In this document: positions 48,289-53,593 of the stretch, piece after piece
Position numbering within the stretch: position 1 is the stretch's first letter
Layout: each line of letters starts with the position of its first letter
Assembly: GCA_038125265.1 (NCBI GenBank)
Contig: JAYPDM010000007.1
Location: 1-53,593 of the forward strand
DNA length: 53,593 nucleotides
Direction: 5' to 3'
From: Gammaproteobacteria bacterium
GTDB lineage: Bacteria > Pseudomonadota > Gammaproteobacteria > Steroidobacterales > Rariloculaceae
Translations under genes and position numbers: made by a program
Notes under the pieces: generated by a model
What the model saw: only the letters and a program-made list of their open reading frames with translations
What the model was told of the DNA's origin: nothing
The model's database searches: none

Positions 48289-50931
48289 ATGTCTATCATT
48301 CAACGTACTTTTAGTTATACCAAGGCCCTTTTTGCTTCGGTGCTTATCCTTTTCGGTGTCAGCAGTGTGGGCGCTCAGGAGCTTGAAGAAATTATTGTAA
48401 CCGCCCAAAAGCGTGAGGAAAACTTACAGGATGTGCCTGTCGCGGTTTCTGCGTATACCGGTGATTACATGACAGAAAACTCGGTCAAAGATGTATTTGA
48501 GTTAATGACCAGCGTGCCTAGCTTGATTGTGGGCGCCAACCAAAGCTCAAGCACCGGTAACTTCTCTATTAGAGGGGTAGGAACCAGCGCCCAGAACTGG
48601 GGGTTAGAATCATCCGTTGGGCTTTACGTTGATGGCATCTATCGTGCCAGACAGAGCTCAATGATTAATCAGTTGGTTGATGTCGAGGCTGTTGAGGTCC
48701 TACGCGGACCTCAGGGTACATTGTTTGGTAAAAACTCAGCTTCAGGTGCTGTCTTACTTAGAACCGTTGCACCTTCCCACGAACAAGATGGCTTTCTTGA
48801 GGTCAGCTTTGGCGAATACGACCTCATGAACTTATCAGGCGCCTTTAACGTGAGCCTCTCAGATAATGTCGCCGCACGTACCACTATCTTCTCAAGCCAA
48901 AGAGATGGCTTTGTGGATGTTGTCAACCTTGATGCAACCATGAATGATAGAAACAGAAGAGGGATGAGGCAGCAATTTCTCTATACCCCAAGTGATACGT
49001 TAACGATTCGCTTGATTGCCGATTATTCAACGCTCGATGAAGTGTGTTGTGCAGCGCTTGCCCACAAGGATGCGCTTTACGCATCCGGCAGGGTTGACCC
49101 AGATACCGGCGGCCCCGTATACGGCGTCGATGCTATTCTGACTCAGCTTGGAGGCACTACCTATCTAACCGGCAGCGCCGAAAACAGACAGGTTTCATTA
49201 AACGCATTGCCTGACTCATCTGCGACAGACTCAGGCGTTTCTGTTGAAATCACAAAAGACTTTGCGAATTCAACCTTTACCTCGATCACCGCACTTAGAA
49301 ATTTTGATGTTAATGACTTTACCGATACGGATTTTACAAATGTTGACTTAGGTCAACGTGTCTCATCATCTGAGCAATCTGCGTTGACACAAGAATTTAG
49401 GATTGCCAGCAATGGAGACGGAGACATCCAATATCAGCTGGGTGCATTCTTCTTCTCGCAGGATCTGAGCAGTATGGAAGACCTCACATTAGGCTCCATG
49501 CTTAATAACTACGCCATTGGCGTATCACCTGATGTTCTTGGAGCGCTATTGGATACCCTATCCCCTACACTTATAGGGTTTATCAATGGCGCCTACGGAA
49601 CCAATTTTGGATACACACTGGGCGCGCCGATTGCAGCGGGCAATGTTATTCAAGATCGTGGTGAACAGTCACAAACTTCCTCAGCCGTCTTCGGTGAGGT
49701 CGACTTTGCAATTTCAGACTCTCTAACTTTAAATGCGGGTATTCGCTTTACCTCTGAAAATAAAGATCTAAGCAGTACGTTCTCAGAGAGCCTCCCCACA
49801 CCGGGTGCGGCTGATGTTAATTTAGCTGCTATCACTGCAGCTTTAGGGATCACCGGTAACCAAGCCTTAGCTTATGGCTATCAGGTCTGCATGGCACAAG
49901 CCACTCCTGTTATGGGGGCTGCAGCTGCTGCCGCTTATTGCGGAACGACTTATGCCTTTGATCCTACGTTAGCTGGTATGAACGCTGCTCCTTACCTGCC
50001 TGCGCTTCAGGTACTTTATACCTCTGGTTGGGCTAACTGCTCATTGAGTGCAAGATTATGTCCACGTGCTGGAATTAATGAGGAAGTTGACGAGAGCAGA
50101 GTCACAGGTAACATTGGACTGTCATTCACTCCAAACGACAATACCTTGATCTATGTCTCTCATGGAACCGGATTTAAATCAGGGGGTACGAATACCGACA
50201 GAATTGGTGTGGGCTTCAATCCAGTCTTTGGGCCTGAAGATACTACGACCACTGAGCTCGGTATTAAACGTGACTTCCCAGAGTCAGGTTTGAGGGTTAA
50301 CCTCGCGCTCTACGATATGCAGGTTGAGAACCTACAAACCAATACCTTTACCGGCACGGCCTTTAACTTACAAAACGCGGGTGAAGTCAGTGTGAGCGGC
50401 GTCGAGGCAGAAGTTTTCTTCTTCCCTTCTGATACCACAAGTATCGCCCTGGCATACACATCAACCGATGCCACCTTTGAAAACTTTGAAAGCGGTAACT
50501 GCCAGATCTCAAACATCTTCCATACCGGAGATGCGACCGAGGCAGCACAATACCTAACCCAAGGTTTCTGTAACAGATCAGGCGACCGGGTCAGCAATGT
50601 ATCCGATCAGTGGTTCTCAGTTAATGCTGCTAAAACCTTTGAATTTAATAGTGGCTATTCACTGACCTTTGGAGCTCAGTACATTAGCTACTCAGACATG
50701 ATGATGCACAACAACAACGATCCATTTGCACTTCAGCCTGCAAAGGATATGGTTAACCTACGTGCAGTCTCAAGGATGCCCAATGGTATGGAAGTGGTAC
50801 TTTGGGCAAGAAACCTCAACGATACCTACCTCCACGGAACGGTTTTTGATACACCGCTTCAAGACGGTAAGATGGGACATTATCCTATGGAACCAAAAAC
50901 TTATGGAATTTCTATCCGCAGAAACTTCTAG
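48289..50931 (+). CDS. TonB-dependent outer-membrane receptor
   Basis: 880 aa with a signal peptide. Plug-domain start ELEEIIVTAQKREENLQDVPVAVSA, GFKSGG-type barrel motifs and a terminal aromatic (..IRRNF). Substrate unknown. Confidence 0.9.
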   Translation: MSIIQRTFSYTKALFASVLILFGVSSVGAQELEEIIVTAQKREENLQDVPVAVSAYTGDYMTENSVKDVFELMTSVPSLIVGANQSSSTGNFSIRGVGTSAQNWGLESSVGLYVDGIYRARQSSMINQLVDVEAVEVLRGPQGTLFGKNSASGAVLLRTVAPSHEQDGFLEVSFGEYDLMNLSGAFNVSLSDNVAARTTIFSSQRDGFVDVVNLDATMNDRNRRGMRQQFLYTPSDTLTIRLIADYSTLDEVCCAALAHKDALYASGRVDPDTGGPVYGVDAILTQLGGTTYLTGSAENRQVSLNALPDSSATDSGVSVEITKDFANSTFTSITALRNFDVNDFTDTDFTNVDLGQRVSSSEQSALTQEFRIASNGDGDIQYQLGAFFFSQDLSSMEDLTLGSMLNNYAIGVSPDVLGALLDTLSPTLIGFINGAYGTNFGYTLGAPIAAGNVIQDRGEQSQTSSAVFGEVDFAISDSLTLNAGIRFTSENKDLSSTFSESLPTPGAADVNLAAITAALGITGNQALAYGYQVCMAQATPVMGAAAAAAYCGTTYAFDPTLAGMNAAPYLPALQVLYTSGWANCSLSARLCPRAGINEEVDESRVTGNIGLSFTPNDNTLIYVSHGTGFKSGGTNTDRIGVGFNPVFGPEDTTTTELGIKRDFPESGLRVNLALYDMQVENLQTNTFTGTAFNLQNAGEVSVSGVEAEVFFFPSDTTSIALAYTSTDATFENFESGNCQISNIFHTGDATEAAQYLTQGFCNRSGDRVSNVSDQWFSVNAAKTFEFNSGYSLTFGAQYISYSDMMMHNNNDPFALQPAKDMVNLRAVSRMPNGMEVVLWARNLNDTYLHGTVFDTPLQDGKMGHYPMEPKTYGISIRRNF

Positions 50932-50951
50932 GATTTAAAGCATAAGAAAAT

Positions 50952-50981
50952 AAAAAACCGCGTCTCTGACGCGGTTTTTTT
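50952..50981. terminator. Rho-independent terminator (potentially bidirectional)
   Basis: AAAAAACCGCGTC-TCT-GACGCGGTTTTTTT: a 7-bp GC-rich stem (50958-50964 / 50968-50974) flanked by an A-run and a T-run, 21 nt after the receptor stop. Confidence 0.85.
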
Positions 50982-51060
50982 ATGCCAATATTACGACAGG
51001 CATAAAAGTGTCATAAAAATTTTTAGCTGCATTTGTTACTATGCCCTTAAGGAGTTAGTT

Positions 51061-51432
51061 ATGAATGCAAAACCTTTTTTTTCAAAAAAATATTTAAACT
51101 TCCCATTCTTTTACAAGGGGGCACAAATACTGGTGCAAATGGGGATATGGAGCTCAAGGGAGATCGTCTGGATTAACGATGAGAAACTGCTCGACCGTAA
51201 GAGCTGGAATTTTACTAACAGCTTTGAAACTGAAATTGAGGGGAGCAAGATTAAGCTTACCTATGGCGCTGTATCAAAGAAGGGGATGTACTTTTGTCGT
51301 CTAGAGGCAGATGGTGAGCTCGTCGATGAGCACATACAAGGAGCAAATTGGTCAATTAATATACTCATCCTTCTAATCTTTGCACTAATGGGTGGGCTTT
51401 TTGGGTACTTTGTTTTAGGGCCCATACTTTAA
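51061..51432 (+). CDS. hypothetical C-terminally membrane-anchored protein
   Basis: AAGGAG lies 6 nt upstream of the ATG. 123 aa with one C-terminal hydrophobic helix (INILILLIFALMGGLFGYFVLGPIL). I recognise no family. Confidence 0.6.
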   Translation: MNAKPFFSKKYLNFPFFYKGAQILVQMGIWSSREIVWINDEKLLDRKSWNFTNSFETEIEGSKIKLTYGAVSKKGMYFCRLEADGELVDEHIQGANWSINILILLIFALMGGLFGYFVLGPIL

Positions 51433-51717
51433 ATGCTTCTCGACCAAAATAAAATCAAAGCGCTTCGTGGGCAAAGGAGCTGGTCTCAGCAAAGGCTGGC
51501 TGATGCTGCTGGATTGAGCATTCGAACGATCCAAAGGCTCGAAAAAGAGGGTATTGCCTCGATGGAATCGACGCTGTCACTCATAGCTGTCTTTGAGTGT
51601 GAACTCGAGGAGATCCTCGCGAGCAAGCAATCAGAGGCCAACTATAGTAAGATTGCTTTTTATTTTTACTTGGCTATCGCATTATTCATTGGGCTCGTCA
51701 TAGGTCTATTAATTTAA
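51433..51717 (+). CDS. XRE-family HTH protein with C-terminal transmembrane anchor
   Basis: The ATG directly abuts the upstream TAA. HTH_3-type sequence LRGQRSWSQQRLADAAGLSIRTIQRLEKEG, then a tail helix IAFYFYLAIALFIGLVIGLLI. Confidence 0.75.
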   Translation: MLLDQNKIKALRGQRSWSQQRLADAAGLSIRTIQRLEKEGIASMESTLSLIAVFECELEEILASKQSEANYSKIAFYFYLAIALFIGLVIGLLI

Positions 51718-51726
51718 GGAAATACA

Positions 51727-53529
51727 ATGAAAAATTTTTTTAAGAAAGTGGGTAAATTTTTAGATGTAACCCGAAAAGTTACCGTCAATATTTTTACTGC
51801 AATATTTGTCATCTATTTTATCGTCATCTTTGCCATGCTCTTCTCAGGGGATGAGGAGGTCGTGACAGCAGGTAAGGTCGTGATCCTCAACCCCGAGGGT
51901 ATTTTTGTTGAAGAGGAGCGCGTTGACTACTCCTTTGAATCGATCTTTGAAGAAGCTCCCAGTCAATACGCCTATCGAGACTTTGAGAGGCTCATTGATG
52001 CCCTGGTCGCAGATGAAGAGATTCCAGCGATCCTCTTAGACTTTAGCAGTGCAGGATATTCAGGCCCCTCAACGCTCCTTAGGGTCGCAGAACAAGTTGC
52101 GCGCTTAAGTGATGCCGGCAAAGAGGTGATCGCCTACTCTGATCGCTACAGCACCGCTAATCTCTTGGTAGCCTCGAGCGCCGATCAAATTCTTGTGCAT
52201 CAGGCAGGCGCTGTGAATCTCAATGGACTCGGAGGCGATGCCCCTTACGTGAACGAGCTCCTTGGAAAAATTGGTGTCACCGTCCATGACTACTCCCAAG
52301 GACAATTCAAGTCAGCCAATGAGACCATCACTCGGGACGATATGTCGGAGAATGATAGGATCCAGAGACTTGAACTGTTAGAGCCTATCTGGGAAGAAAT
52401 GCTCGCACGCATTGGCAGCAACAGAGACATTGAAGCTGCAGAATTACAAAACTTCTCGGATACCTTTTTTAGCTTTATTCCAGAAGCCGCCTTTACCAAT
52501 ATCGAGCAAGCGATAGCTATGGGCCTTATTGATGAGGTCATCTCTTATCCTGACTTTAGAGCGAGGATGGTTGAAGCTTACGGTGCTGATGAAGAATCAG
52601 AAATTGGTAGCTATAACCATATCTTCTTTGGTGAGTACATGACCACCCTTGAGGAGGAGCCCTCTCTTGCTAATGATGAGGTCGTTGTCATCTACGCAGA
52701 GGGCGCCATTATGGAAGGCGAGAGCGCATCGGGTGTCATTGGAGCAGACAGCGAGGTTTTAAAAATCCGTCGCGCTCATAACAATGAGAACACGCGTGCT
52801 ATTGTCTACCGAGTTAACAGCCCAGGGGGATCCATCATCGCTAGCGAAATGATACGAGACGAGTTATTCGCGGCAAAAAATAAAGGCATTCCGGTCGTAG
52901 TTTCCATGTCAGACTACGCGGCCTCAGGTGGTGTCTATATCTCTACCCCAGCAGACTATATCTTTGCCGAGCCCTATACCATCACAGGCTCTATCGGTGT
53001 CGCCATTGCCATTCCGACCGTTGATCAATTTTTTGAAAAAATAGGCGTTAACTTTGATGGCGTTAATACATCTGCCTTAAGCTGGGATCTTAATCAACCG
53101 ATGACAGATGAAATCGATGCCCTTTTCGCTGAATGGGGAGCTCGCAGCTATGACCGCTTTATCTCGGTTGTCTCGAGCTCAAGGGAAGAGAGCCCCGAGT
53201 ATATTAATAGCATAGCAGGCGGTCGAGTCTGGCTTGGTAGTAGAGCACTTGAGCTTAATCTCGTCGATGAGGTGGGCGGTATTGACGAGGCGATTGCTAA
53301 AGCGGTCGAGATTGCCGAACTCGAAGAGTACCGTATTAATTACCTAGAGCCTGAATTATCCTTTGAAGAAATAATTATAAGAGAGATATTTGGTGTCAAA
53401 CTCAATGGATTGGCAACGCGTTTTATGCCGAATAATATTTTAAGAGCCTTTGCCCAAAATCAGCAATTGCTCAATGCACTCGAGCCAAGCGCCAGTTACA
53501 GCTGCCTCAACTGCTTAGTAAATTTTTAA
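51727..53529 (+). CDS. sppA: signal peptide peptidase SppA (67K type, tandem S49 domains)
   Basis: 600 aa with an N-terminal TM segment and two ClpP/crotonase-like S49 halves. Ser-nucleophile block SDYAASGGVYIS. AAGGA Shine-Dalgarno; 9 nt after the XRE gene. Confidence 0.85.
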   Translation: MKNFFKKVGKFLDVTRKVTVNIFTAIFVIYFIVIFAMLFSGDEEVVTAGKVVILNPEGIFVEEERVDYSFESIFEEAPSQYAYRDFERLIDALVADEEIPAILLDFSSAGYSGPSTLLRVAEQVARLSDAGKEVIAYSDRYSTANLLVASSADQILVHQAGAVNLNGLGGDAPYVNELLGKIGVTVHDYSQGQFKSANETITRDDMSENDRIQRLELLEPIWEEMLARIGSNRDIEAAELQNFSDTFFSFIPEAAFTNIEQAIAMGLIDEVISYPDFRARMVEAYGADEESEIGSYNHIFFGEYMTTLEEEPSLANDEVVVIYAEGAIMEGESASGVIGADSEVLKIRRAHNNENTRAIVYRVNSPGGSIIASEMIRDELFAAKNKGIPVVVSMSDYAASGGVYISTPADYIFAEPYTITGSIGVAIAIPTVDQFFEKIGVNFDGVNTSALSWDLNQPMTDEIDALFAEWGARSYDRFISVVSSSREESPEYINSIAGGRVWLGSRALELNLVDEVGGIDEAIAKAVEIAELEEYRINYLEPELSFEEIIIREIFGVKLNGLATRFMPNNILRAFAQNQQLLNALEPSASYSCLNCLVNF

Positions 53530-53539
53530 TCAACTAAAT

Positions 53540-53567
53540 GAACAATGCACCCAAGGGTGCATTGTTC
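53540..53567. terminator. stem-loop after sppA (probable terminator)
   Basis: Perfect 13-nt arms GAACAATGCACCC / GGGTGCATTGTTC separated by AA, starting 11 nt after the sppA stop. The downstream T-tract is weak (GTTCTTG). Confidence 0.5.
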
Positions 53568-53593
53568 GTTCTTGTAACCTCCATCAATGGAGA

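Noticed and set aside
46492-53593. The right-hand end (umuDC, TonB-dependent receptor, XRE unit, sppA) looks GC-richer than AT-rich stretches such as priA/argS or the first kinase. Spot counts on single 60-nt lines gave 43-63% against about 30%. This suggested a horizontally acquired island or an assembly chimera.
   Set aside because: Spot counts inside conserved core genes elsewhere (gltB near 16.1 kb, pntA near 26.8 kb) give similar values of 53-57%. The heterogeneity therefore tracks protein conservation rather than a discrete island. There are no integrase, tRNA or direct-repeat boundaries. A proper sliding-window GC and codon-usage calculation would be needed to revive the idea.
1-53593. 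I looked for CRISPR arrays, tandem or interspersed repeats, IS elements, integrases, tRNA/rRNA genes and riboswitch-sized leaders.
   Set aside because: No spacer longer than 191 nt exists, and none shows repeat-spacer periodicity, tRNA-like cloverleaf arms or transposase fragments. By-eye scanning cannot exclude short dispersed repeats; a self-dot-plot would settle it.

Overview
This window is an AT-rich, very compact proteobacterial chromosome segment. By my coordinates only about 1.2 kb of 53.6 kb is non-coding. It carries about 50 protein genes. I recognised no rRNA, tRNA, CRISPR array, IS/transposase, integrase or phage genes. The content is overwhelmingly housekeeping:
- Nucleotide and cofactor genes: trmB, pyrE, dut, coaBC, coaD.
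- Translation genes: rpmB, rpmG (missing from the ORF track), rsmD, rsmB, fmt, def, argS, tsaC.
- DNA repair and replication genes: two ExoIII paralogs, mutM, an AlkA-like glycosylase, umuDC, priA, topA.
- Central metabolism genes: gltBD, pntAB, a thiolase, msrA, ggt, aroE.
- rpoH and two two-component systems.
- Transporters: ampG, AGCS, AEC, TauE and a TonB-dependent receptor.
- sppA.

Gene order reproduces three E. coli-type neighbourhoods, each missing one or more genes: pyrE/dut-coaBC/rpmB-rpmG-mutM/coaD; rsmD|rpoH; and rsmB-fmt-def|smg-topA-tsaC-aroE. I infer a streamlined gammaproteobacterium-like genome; this is inference only and no database search was possible.

I found no convincing new multi-gene system. 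The items most worth a second look are:
1. A terminator-bracketed unit encoding a small tail-anchored protein, a tail-anchored XRE HTH protein and SppA.
2. A near-consensus LexA box heading a tightly coupled six-gene string: umuD-umuC-glycosylase-GNAT-DUF4174-TauE.
3. A single-ORF DUF805::cupin fusion.
4. An NtrX-like regulator whose AAA+ motifs are degenerate.
5. An fmt gene with no canonical start codon.
6. Seven convergent gene junctions with no room for terminators.
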